DNA of 64,000 bases from Candidatus Sysuiplasmataceae archaeon (GTDB taxonomy: Archaea; Thermoplasmatota; Thermoplasmata; Sysuiplasmatales; Sysuiplasmataceae): contig JBJKPR010000011.1 of the NCBI GenBank assembly GCA_046706185.1, forward strand, positions 27,150 through 91,149, given 5' to 3'. Below are positions 26,160 through 35,200 of this stretch, one piece after another. The notes under the pieces were generated by a model. It worked only from the letters and a program-made list of their open reading frames with translations. It was not told where the DNA came from and did no database searches. Position 1 is the stretch's first letter, and every line of letters starts with the position of its first letter. Made by a program: the position numbers and the translations under genes.

Positions 26160-27449
26160 ATGAAGGGGGAGGAGCCCATTGTCAGAGAGATGGTGGGCAG
26201 GGCACTTGAAGGGAGGAAGTTTGTACCCGGCGAAACACCGATCCGTGTGGCCCAGCCGCTGTTTGACGGCAATGACATAGGGCTGTTCCTTGAAAGCGCG
26301 AGAGAGATGTTCTCAAAGAACTGGATCGGTGTTGGAAGGTACACGAATGAATTCGAAGAGAATTTCTCCTCTCTATTCGATGGGAAAATGGCCCTGTTCG
26401 TAAACTCGGGGACCTCCGCCGATTACCTCGCAGTGAAAGCGCTGGAGGAGAGGAAGGGCGACTGGGACGGAGGGAACTGCATTACGACCGCGCTCACCTT
26501 CCCGTCCACAATCAACCCTGTACTCGCCTCCGGCCTGAAGGCGAAGCTGCTCGACATAAGGCTTCCTTCCTATTCTATCGACACGGAGGAACTCGAAGAG
26601 GCTGTCGATGAGGAGACGAAGGGGATAGTGCTTGCTCACATACTTGGACTTCCGCAGCCTGCTTCGGAGGTTGAGCGCCTGGCGCGCAGGCAGTCCATGT
26701 TCTTCGTGGAGGACGCATGCGATGCGCTCGGCGGCAGCTACGACGGAAGGCTTATTGGGGATTTCGGTGAACCCTCCACATTCTCTTTCTACGCCGCCCA
26801 TCAGATCACAACGGGTGAGGGGGGCATGCTTCTTACCTCGGACAGGGATGTGTACGAGACGGCGAGGTCGCTGAGGGACTGGGGAAAGGCGTACGCTCCG
26901 GACAGCGTGGCGGGTCAGGGCTTGAGGAAACTGAGGCATCTGAGAACATCAAGGCTGCCCCCTGACTACGATGCACACTTCATTTTTGAGAGGAAGGGGT
27001 TCAACATGAAGCCCATAGACATACAGGCTGCACTGGGCATTTCGCAGCTGAGGAAGCTGCCTGAGTTCACAAGGGCACGAAAGAAGAACTTCGATGCTCT
27101 GGCGGACAGCCTTAAGGACAGCGGTGCGGACAGAAGCCTCATGGTAGCCGAACCGCTGCCGGGCAGCGAGGTCTCGTGGTTCTGCTTCCCGCTGCTTGCT
27201 GAGCGGGGAGTGAAGAGGAGAAGAGTCGTTGACTTTCTTGAGAAAAGGAGGATAGAGACGAGGCCGATACTCGCAGGCAACATAATAGATCAGCCGGCGT
27301 ACGCGGAAGAGGAGTTCATCCCTGCTGGAAGCCTGAGGAACACGGAAAGGGTGGCAAGGGACGGTTTCTTTGTGGGCATACACCCGGCGCTCGGCAGCGA
27401 GGAGATGGACTACATCGGCAGGATGCTGAAACAGGCTTTGCTGGAGTAA
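26160..27449 (+). CDS. RfbH/E1-like NDP-4-keto-6-deoxyhexose 3-dehydrase (DegT/DnrJ/EryC1 fold, His in place of the PLP lysine)
   Basis: SFYAAHQITTGEGG has His 214 (26799..26801) where aminotransferases carry Lys. The length (429 aa) and the segments FVPGE...NSGTSA...EDACDALG...RDWG resemble RfbH. The Cys-rich Fe-S segment after RDWG is absent. Confidence 0.7.
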   Translation: MKGEEPIVREMVGRALEGRKFVPGETPIRVAQPLFDGNDIGLFLESAREMFSKNWIGVGRYTNEFEENFSSLFDGKMALFVNSGTSADYLAVKALEERKGDWDGGNCITTALTFPSTINPVLASGLKAKLLDIRLPSYSIDTEELEEAVDEETKGIVLAHILGLPQPASEVERLARRQSMFFVEDACDALGGSYDGRLIGDFGEPSTFSFYAAHQITTGEGGMLLTSDRDVYETARSLRDWGKAYAPDSVAGQGLRKLRHLRTSRLPPDYDAHFIFERKGFNMKPIDIQAALGISQLRKLPEFTRARKKNFDALADSLKDSGADRSLMVAEPLPGSEVSWFCFPLLAERGVKRRRVVDFLEKRRIETRPILAGNIIDQPAYAEEEFIPAGSLRNTERVARDGFFVGIHPALGSEEMDYIGRMLKQALLE

Positions 27450-27453
27450 GTGC

Positions 27454-28515
27454 TCAGACAGCTGGCCCCAGCGTCTTTGAGGCCCAGTCCAGAAGTCTTT
27501 CCACGCCCTCCCGGACACCGATCTCAGGCTTCCACTTCAGTTTCCTTCTGGCCCTGCCTATGTCCGATATGTAGACCTTCTGATCGCTGTTCCGCCATTC
27601 GCCGTAGGCAGGTTCTATCCTGCGCTTAAGCCTGCCTTCAAGCAGGCGCACCAGTTCAAGGAGGGATGTTGTATTTCTCCACCCGCCGCCCAAGTTGAAA
27701 ACACCTGATGGCAGATTCGATTCAATGAAGCAGTCGTACGCCCTCACAAGGTCATCCACATGGAGCACATCTCTCACCTGCTTTCCGTCGCCGTATATGG
27801 TGAGCTTCCTCCCGAGCAGAGCTGAAATGACGAAGTGAGCCACCCACCCCTGGTCCTCGCTTCCGAACTGCCTGTCGCCGTAGATGCAGCTCATTCTGCA
27901 GCAGGCTGTCCGGAGGCCGTATGTCTTGCCATACTCCTGAACGTATATGTCGGCTGAAAGCTTGGACGAACCGTAGGGGGAATGCTTGCAGGCATCGACA
28001 GAAAAGTCTTCTGGTATTCCCCTTGAGTAATCTTCGTCGGAGAAGTAGTACCTCAATCCGCTGCTCCTGACAGGTATTGAATTGACATTCTCACCGTATA
28101 CCTTGTTTGTCGAGCAGAAGACGACACGTGGCTCCTTTCCAGACTTCCTGCATGCCTCCAGGACGTTGAAGGTCCCCCTCACATTTGTGTTGAAATCATG
28201 TGCAGGGTCGTCAAGGGAGGTTGTCACTGCCACCTGGGCGGCGGTATGTATGACTGCGTCGGCGTCTGAAATAAGTTCATCCACCGTTCTCTGCTGGAGA
28301 ACAGACCCCCTTACGAGCCTTATGTTTTTCAGCCCTTTGAGGTAGTTCCAGTTATACACCTTTGTGTTTACGCCGAACCCATGGACAGGAGGCCTTGACA
28401 GGTTGTCCAGAACGGTCACATTCCATCCTTTCCTTGCGTAGAATTCGGCAGCATGGGAACCTATGAAACCTGCACCGCCGGTGACAACTACATTCCTACC
28501 TTCCTTACCAACCAT
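27454..28515 (-). CDS. CDP-tyvelose/paratose 2-epimerase-like extended SDR
   Basis: VVVTGGAGFIGSH, VLDNLSR, STNKVYGE, SPYGSSK, DQGWVAHF, GDGKQVRDVLH and SLLELV match my recollection of Salmonella RfbE (tyvelose epimerase). Confidence 0.65.
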   Translation of the reverse strand: MVGKEGRNVVVTGGAGFIGSHAAEFYARKGWNVTVLDNLSRPPVHGFGVNTKVYNWNYLKGLKNIRLVRGSVLQQRTVDELISDADAVIHTAAQVAVTTSLDDPAHDFNTNVRGTFNVLEACRKSGKEPRVVFCSTNKVYGENVNSIPVRSSGLRYYFSDEDYSRGIPEDFSVDACKHSPYGSSKLSADIYVQEYGKTYGLRTACCRMSCIYGDRQFGSEDQGWVAHFVISALLGRKLTIYGDGKQVRDVLHVDDLVRAYDCFIESNLPSGVFNLGGGWRNTTSLLELVRLLEGRLKRRIEPAYGEWRNSDQKVYISDIGRARRKLKWKPEIGVREGVERLLDWASKTLGPAV

Positions 28516-28559
28516 TCAAATCAATCCTCAAGCAGGCAGCGGGACTGCAGACACGCGCA

Positions 28560-29330
28560 TCAGTCACTTGCGTATCTCTTGATAAAATAATTAACTATTC
28601 CCTGCGGGAGAAACTTCCTGATCGGCAGGTTCATGAGCCTGATGCCGATGAGTGTGATAAACATGATAGGTATCACCCTGAATATCGGCATTCTTGTCCG
28701 CGGATCGTGCTCCCACCTTACACCAACTTCCTTTATAGTTGCGCCATTCCTCCTTGCATGGTAGAGCATTGCAACATCGAACGTCCTGTTGTTCACGACC
28801 GTGTTTGACATTACATGTCTTGCCACTTCAGACCTGAATGCCTTGGCACCGCACTGCGTGTCCATGACAGGAAGGCCTAGCAGCCCTCTGACAAGAACGT
28901 TGAAGACGCGCCCCACAGTCCTGTTGAAAAGCGGTTCCTTTGTGACCCACACGCTCTCCGGGAGCCACCTGGACGCGACCACGCAGTCGTAATCACCTGT
29001 TGCCTCCAGCATCCTCCTGAGGTCATCCGGGGAAAGGCTGCCGTCAGCATCGACCCAGCATATCACGCCGTATCTGGCAAGGCCGATGCCCTTCCTTATG
29101 GCGCCCCCCTTCCCAAGCTTGGAACTGTACCTGTAACCGGTGACACCAAGGCCGCTGTACCGTTTGATGACCTCGTGCGTGCCATCCGCCCCGTCCATGA
29201 CAACAAGAACCTCGTATGGCTCATTGATTGACTGCAGGACAGGCAGATACTGGTCCAGCGACTTGCATATCCTGTCCTCCTCATTGTAGGCGGGGATTAC
29301 AAGTGAAACTCCTTCGCCCTTCAACTCCAA
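28560..29330 (-). CDS. GT2 glycosyltransferase, Dol-P-hexose synthase-like (Alg5/DPM1-like) with C-terminal TM
   Basis: VSLVIPAYNEEDRI...VLVVMDGADGT...KGGAIRKG...VDADGS is present, with a hydrophobic C-terminal helix (IPIMFITLIGIRL). The start is TTG (29330 or 29324). Confidence 0.75.
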   Translation of the reverse strand: MELKGEGVSLVIPAYNEEDRICKSLDQYLPVLQSINEPYEVLVVMDGADGTHEVIKRYSGLGVTGYRYSSKLGKGGAIRKGIGLARYGVICWVDADGSLSPDDLRRMLEATGDYDCVVASRWLPESVWVTKEPLFNRTVGRVFNVLVRGLLGLPVMDTQCGAKAFRSEVARHVMSNTVVNNRTFDVAMLYHARRNGATIKEVGVRWEHDPRTRMPIFRVIPIMFITLIGIRLMNLPIRKFLPQGIVNYFIKRYASD

Positions 29331-29422
29331 TTCCTCTCAGGCCCCACACGGTGAAAATGAGCAGGTCGTTTATTAAACCATCTCCCATATTATTCCGACC
29401 GAATATAGCCCAAACCGCTTGA

Positions 29423-30538
29423 TCAGCGTGCCGAAATGAACCGCTTCCTTTCCTCTTCCGCCCTGGCGAAGTTATCCCTTGCCTTCTGCCTGGAGGACCA
29501 CTCAGCAAGCTCCCTGATTCCTTCGCTCAGACCTGTGAATTTTACCGGGCCGAAGCTTTTCAGAAACCGGGAGCTGTCAGAAAAATCGTGCCTGTTGTCT
29601 CCTGGCCTGAAATCGTTGGTGACTTCGGGCTCGATGCTGCTTCCGATCTCCTCGTTGAGCATCGAGATCATCTGCAGAAGGGAGGATGGCCTTCCGGTGC
29701 CGAGGTTGAACGCACCCTCCCCTTTCTCAAGCGCCGCCACATTGGCCCTTGCCACGTCGCCCACGTAGATGAAGTCCCTGAGCTGTCTACCGTCTTCAAA
29801 CACAACCGGCCTGTTGCCGTTCTTGAGCCTTGACATGAATATGGCAATCACACCAGTATACGGATTGGAGAGGCTCTGCCTCGGGCCGTAGACATTGAAA
29901 TACCTGAATGCCACAGCAGGTATGCCGAGGGCGGAGGAATAGCTCAGTGCAAGCCGCTCGGTCGCGTACTTGGACAGGGAATAGGGGTTCAGGTTCTGCG
30001 GCGGTTTGTCCTCTGTGACTGCCACCGGTTCGGTCTCGGCACCGCATATGCTGCATCGCACCTCCCATTCCCTCTTCCTGAGCTGCTCAGCGCTCCTGGG
30101 AAGGGGGTATATCGTGCCGTGTTCCCTGCACCTGTAGGCGCCCTCGCCGTAGAGGCTCTTGCTCGATGCCACAACCACCTTGCCTATGCTCTTTCTGAGC
30201 GAGGCATCCCTTGTGAGAAGCTCGAATAGTGTGGATGTACCGACAATGTTTGTCTGGTTGTATTTCCTCGACTCCCAGAAGCTCTGGCCAATTCCGACAC
30301 ATGCTGCAAGGTGTATCACATGGGTCACACCCTTCAGCGCCTTAAGCCAGTCCTTCTGGTAGCGGACGTCGCCGATGATGTACTTTGCCTTCCTGTTGAG
30401 GTAAGACGGCTTGCTGCCAAGATGTACCTGCCTTTCCAGGTTGTCGAGGACCACAACATCGTACCCCTCCTCAATCAGAGAGTCGACGGTGTGGCTTCCG
30501 ATAAAGCCCATTCCACCCGTCACAAGTACCCTGGTCAC
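29423..30538 (-). CDS. NAD-dependent sugar epimerase/reductase (extended SDR) with a zinc-ribbon-like insertion
   Basis: VLVTGGMGFIGSH, ASSKSLYGEG and YSLSK (YxxxK) are present. A ~40-aa insertion reads YRCREHG...WEVRCSICGAE. The start is GTG. Confidence 0.75.
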   Translation of the reverse strand: MTRVLVTGGMGFIGSHTVDSLIEEGYDVVVLDNLERQVHLGSKPSYLNRKAKYIIGDVRYQKDWLKALKGVTHVIHLAACVGIGQSFWESRKYNQTNIVGTSTLFELLTRDASLRKSIGKVVVASSKSLYGEGAYRCREHGTIYPLPRSAEQLRKREWEVRCSICGAETEPVAVTEDKPPQNLNPYSLSKYATERLALSYSSALGIPAVAFRYFNVYGPRQSLSNPYTGVIAIFMSRLKNGNRPVVFEDGRQLRDFIYVGDVARANVAALEKGEGAFNLGTGRPSSLLQMISMLNEEIGSSIEPEVTNDFRPGDNRHDFSDSSRFLKSFGPVKFTGLSEGIRELAEWSSRQKARDNFARAEEERKRFISAR

Positions 30539-30599
30539 AGAACGGCGTTAGGGGCTGCCCATATTAATGCTTCATCATTGTAGAATGCGGTGGAACGCG

Positions 30600-32222
30600 T
30601 CATCTTGGCCTTTCGACGAAAAAGGCACCGATCCGCCTTACGAATGTAAGTCTCCTCTTCAGGAGCGATTCGGCGAATTCCACTAGGAAGACATCCGCCT
30701 GCTCGACGCTGCCTGTGCCAAGAACAGCAAACACCGAGAAAATGGCGAGTATGAAGAAAACAACAACAATTCCGGCTATCTGAAGCGTGGGGTGTAGCAG
30801 GCTCAGTATTATTCCAGGAACGATGAGCGACGCTGCAAGCGGCTTCGCATACTCGGCCCTGAACGGATGAAGCCTTCCCTCCCTGTACATCTCGGAAAGT
30901 GCGAGCCCCTGATAAAGCAGAAGGCCCACCACAGAGGCGGCCGATGCTCCCATTCCGCCGTATGCAGGTATGAGAATGAGCGAGGCTACGACGTTGCCGA
31001 CCGCAGAAACACCTCCGTTCAATGCAACAAGCTTCGTCCTTCCGAGCGCTGTGAGAAGTATCGGGGCAGGACCAAGAACAGAGGCGATGAAATTGCCTAC
31101 TGCAAGAAGCTGCAGCATCTCTCTCGCCTCCACATATTTCAGCCCGAATGCGGTGGCGAGCGTGTCTGTCGGAAAAAAGAGGAAGAGGAAGAGAAGCGGC
31201 ACAGACAGCACAAGGTTCCACTTCGTCGCAGTGGTGTAGCTGTCCCTGAGTTCACGAAACTGCGATCTTGAGAACAGCTCCGCTGCCACAGGCAGCAGTA
31301 TGAAACTTGCTGCATTTATGCCGAAGAATATTATCCTGCCCAGAGACAGTGCTGCCGAGTACTGACCAACGGCGGAGGCGTCCCTGAATACACCGAGAAG
31401 AAGTGTGTCTGCATAGTTGAAGAGATATGAGAAGGCACCGGCAATGAGCAGCGGTAGGCCGAATGCAACAAGGAACCTGCTTTCCCTTGATGTGTCTCTG
31501 CCTATGAACGTGAAGAGTGACTTCCTCTGAGCATAAATAACAGAAAGAGCTGCCACAATCACCGTCGAGATAAGATAACCGATAACCACGCCGTAGAACC
31601 CCATACCTGTGAAGTAAAGGAGAGCGCCTATTGCGGTGAAGAGGATCGGTGGAAGCGTGTTGTTGAAAAGAGCGCTGGGAAGCGCCTTCTTGTATCCCTG
31701 GAAAATGGCAGATATTGTTGAAGTCACCTGCGTCAGGAACACTGTAGGGGCGAATATGCGTATCAGCGGCTCAATTCCCGGCTCATGCAGTGCCGAGGAG
31801 ACGAGCGGTGCGATGAAATAGATAAGCAGCGAGAATGCGGCGGCGGCACCGAGTGTTATCAGCAGCCCATACTTGACTATGCCGCTTCTTCTTTCTTCAG
31901 GAACGTAGAGGAGGTTCCTGGCTATTGATGCGGTTACGCCCAGTGGAGCGACGATGGAAAGGAGCGAGATTGCGGCCATTGCAAGTGTTATGATTCCCCA
32001 CTGGGAAACAGTGATCAGCCTGAGTATCACAATCCTGTTCACAAGTGAGAAGGCGAAGAACGAAATGGTCCCGGTCAGCGTCACTATTGCACCGGAGCTC
32101 ATCGAGAATATTGCGCTTCTCAGCACCTCCCTGTCGGAGCCGCCGGCAGCTGCATCGCCCCCCTTAGCAGGCAGCTGAGTCACTCTCCCCCTGTATTCCT
32201 GCCCGGCAGAGGTTATCAGCAT
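30600..32222 (-). CDS. Wzx/AglR-type oligosaccharide flippase (MOP superfamily polysaccharide biosynthesis protein)
   Basis: It has about 12-14 hydrophobic helices and a Wzx-like length and layout. I prefer ATG 32222, because the track start at 32378 overlaps the upstream gene by 121 nt. Confidence 0.75.
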   Translation of the reverse strand: MLITSAGQEYRGRVTQLPAKGGDAAAGGSDREVLRSAIFSMSSGAIVTLTGTISFFAFSLVNRIVILRLITVSQWGIITLAMAAISLLSIVAPLGVTASIARNLLYVPEERRSGIVKYGLLITLGAAAAFSLLIYFIAPLVSSALHEPGIEPLIRIFAPTVFLTQVTSTISAIFQGYKKALPSALFNNTLPPILFTAIGALLYFTGMGFYGVVIGYLISTVIVAALSVIYAQRKSLFTFIGRDTSRESRFLVAFGLPLLIAGAFSYLFNYADTLLLGVFRDASAVGQYSAALSLGRIIFFGINAASFILLPVAAELFSRSQFRELRDSYTTATKWNLVLSVPLLFLFLFFPTDTLATAFGLKYVEAREMLQLLAVGNFIASVLGPAPILLTALGRTKLVALNGGVSAVGNVVASLILIPAYGGMGASAASVVGLLLYQGLALSEMYREGRLHPFRAEYAKPLAASLIVPGIILSLLHPTLQIAGIVVVFFILAIFSVFAVLGTGSVEQADVFLVEFAESLLKRRLTFVRRIGAFFVERPR

Positions 32223-32257
32223 GGCACATCGAGGTGAAATGTCTGCCTGACATGGGC

Positions 32258-35200
32258 TCACTCCGTCTTCCTGTTGAAGAGCGAGTTGCATCCGCCTGTC
32301 TGAGGGAGATGCCTGTAGTAGACAGTGTGTGGCCTCTTCTTCCATGAGTTGCGGTTCACAATGAAGAGCGTCATGCATATTATCGATGAAGCAGCAAGAA
32401 GAGAGGCCGAAATTCCTATGTATGAAATGAACTTGGACTGTATTGGCAGTCCGAGAGTGAACGTGATGGTGTGCGCTCCAGGCTCAGGATACAGAAGGAA
32501 GCCTATCAGCGAGTAGTCGACCCTCACCGCCTCCCATCCGGACAGGCCGCGGCCGTCCTGGACCTGCCAGGGATTGAGCAGGTAGTTCTGGTTGAATACA
32601 AGGAGCACTGGTTTGCCTGTCGTGTCACTGTCTGTCATGTTTATGCTGTACGAGTATTGCGAGGTCCTGACGTATGACAGTTTCACGTCTGAAGCAACAG
32701 CCGTTACAACGGGCGTCACAACAAACATCCCGGGAGGTGGAGCGTCTGTGACTGGGGGCGGGTTTCCAACAAGGGCGCTTCCTGGCTGGACAAAGGATCC
32801 GTTAGAGGAGTATGAGTTGCCTATCCCGATGGAGTTTATTCTCACATACTGCTCCCCGGGCCACTGAAGCAGTGGTACGCCGTTGAGCCCTGTGCCGTTG
32901 TCGCTGACAGGGTATATTTGTATCACAATGTAGTTGATCACCTTGCTTGCAGAGTTGGACACGACTGCAGGCAGGTTGATAACCATCGACGTGTTCCTGC
33001 CGCTGCTTGTGTAGTATCCGCCACCGTATGCAGGTGCAAGCATGCCATCACCCCATCCTAGGCTGTTATAAGGTGCGACTGTAAACAGATAGTTCTGCTG
33101 CAGCTCGTTCACAGACATGTTTGACAGGTCAGGCGTCGTTATGACGTGTATCGATATGGCGGTGTTCCTGTTTGTCGAGAAATTCAGTATAAGGTAGGGG
33201 AATATCGTTGTATTGATCTGCAGCGGTACACCGTTGAAGTATGTTGGAGGAGGTGACCACAAAGGCGGTTCTAGCTGGTTTGCATCTATACTCTGTTTGG
33301 TCGAGTTGTTGAGCGATATCACGATACTGTTGTTCTCCCACGAGGGGAAGAAGTCGTGCGCAGGTGCATAGATTGAGTTAATGAGAGACAGGTTGTAGAA
33401 TGTTTTTGTTATGTTTATCTCCTGTGCGGCATATCCGTCCGAAAGCAGCGAGGGGTCGATGGTTGAGGCACCGATCCTGAAGACGGAAGGGGAAGTATCA
33501 ACCCTGTAAATGTAGTCCTGGCCGATGATTTTTGCAAGCGTGATCCCCTGGGTGACATTAAGACCGTTGAGTATTGTGCCATAGTCGGGCGTCTTTGTGT
33601 ACGACCAGTATGGCGTCTCTCCCACCTGCCCCTCTATGACGACATAGCTGATGCCCATGGAGGAAAGTATGGAGGCGTAGCCGGCCATAGTTGCCGTGTT
33701 TGCGTGCTCAATCGTCTGGTAGATGTAATCTGTCAGGAAATTGGCAGGACCGTCTATGACAGCAGTGTTTGGCATCAGGAAAGGCAGCACGTCGTATGAG
33801 TCGTAGCCGTGCGTCCAGTTCTGCGATATGAAACGCCCTGGATAGAGGAGAGCATAGCCGTCGGTCAGGTTATGCTTGATGTAGTTCGCCACATCCTCCA
33901 CATAGGAGGGGATCTGCATTCTTGCGTGGAATGGTTCGACTGGCACGGCGTCACCGGTGTATATGGGTGTTGACATGGAAAAGAACGGTATCCAGAGAAG
34001 AAGGACCACAATGGTTGCGGATGCCGCCATCCTGAGTACCCCGGACCTCCGCTTCGAAAGCTGTCCCGGTCCGGGTGAAGGCATTGACCAGTCGCCCTTC
34101 AGCCTGTTGCGCCTGAATGTAAGATATATCATGTCAAGCGCTACAACAAGCGAAAGAATCAGCAGATCCTCGAAGGCGTAGAGGAGTGAACCTGTCGGGT
34201 TCCTGAGTATCTGGAGAAGAAGGGTGTTCCTGTTCAGCTCAAGCAGGAGAGGGAGTATTGGCGAGTTTACTCCCACCATGAAGAGGGAGAGAAGGAACGT
34301 GGCGGAGAGAAGATATGCGAACTTCAGCACGACGCGCTTCCTGTAAAGTGCTGCGGAGACGCATCCGGCTATGAGTATCGCCGGAAACACGTAGCTGGCA
34401 ACGGAGCCAATCGTGTCGAACATGAACGTGTTGAACGGCGTATATATCTCAGCATTGAACTGGAAATGAGGCAGGTACATTCCCCTGAAGAGCAGCGGAA
34501 TCTGCATCATTTTGGTTGAGGAGAGGAATATGGCCGTGTTCTGCGCCACCGAGCCGCTGCTTGAAAGGTAACCCGGGTCCGATACGGAGGCGAGGTATGA
34601 AGTTGAAAGCCACCAGAGGCTCGAAATTGCAATAACCACGATGACAAGAGCATACGACACGGAAAGCTTCAGGATTGATTTGCGGAAAGTAAGTGAGCCG
34701 AAGAAAGGGAGAGGGACGAGTATGAGCGTAAGGAGAAGAAGTGAGATGTTGGAGGGTATGTTTGTGCTGAAGCCGAGCGTTCCGGAGACGAACATGAGGA
34801 ACACATAAAGCGGGTGAATGCGGCCGGTGCTCACATAGACCCTTACCATTGAAAGCGTGTAGTATACAAACATGAAGCCGAAGCCGAGGAGCAGGAAAGT
34901 GGAAGGGAGGCCATCCCACCATATCAGCGCCTGGACAGGGTAGTTCACAAACGATACGATGCCGGCCACAGTTGCAATAGGCACTGCAATGTGGTCAGGC
35001 ATGACCCGTCCAATGAAGAATTCCCTAACTATGCGGTAGAAGTAAATGCCTGCAAGTGCCTGGAGCCCTGCCCATGTTATCACCTCCTGTGAGGGGATAG
35101 ACAGGCCTGCCGCGGACAGGAGTGTGCTCCAGGCGGCAATAGGCAGGTTGAAGAAATTGAGCACATTCAGCCCCCCCATCTGTGAACCTGACCAGGCGTT

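Noticed and set aside
30535-31221. A 228-aa minus-strand ORF overlapping the flippase 3' region in another frame.
   Set aside because: Its product is Cys/Arg-rich and non-hydrophobic. The flippase frame is consistently hydrophobic across the same region.
32223-32378. The upstream extension of the flippase ORF (track start 32378).
   Set aside because: It overlaps the 3' end of the GT-C-like gene by 121 nt and is not hydrophobic. ATG 32222 leaves a 35-nt gap and a normal Wzx-like N-terminus.
34900-34935. IWWDG in the 1054-aa membrane protein, considered as a possible AglB WWDYG motif.
   Set aside because: It lies around residue 165, inside the hydrophobic N-terminal region. In AglB/STT3 the motif is in the soluble C-terminal domain that follows the TM bundle. 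The match is only WWD-G.
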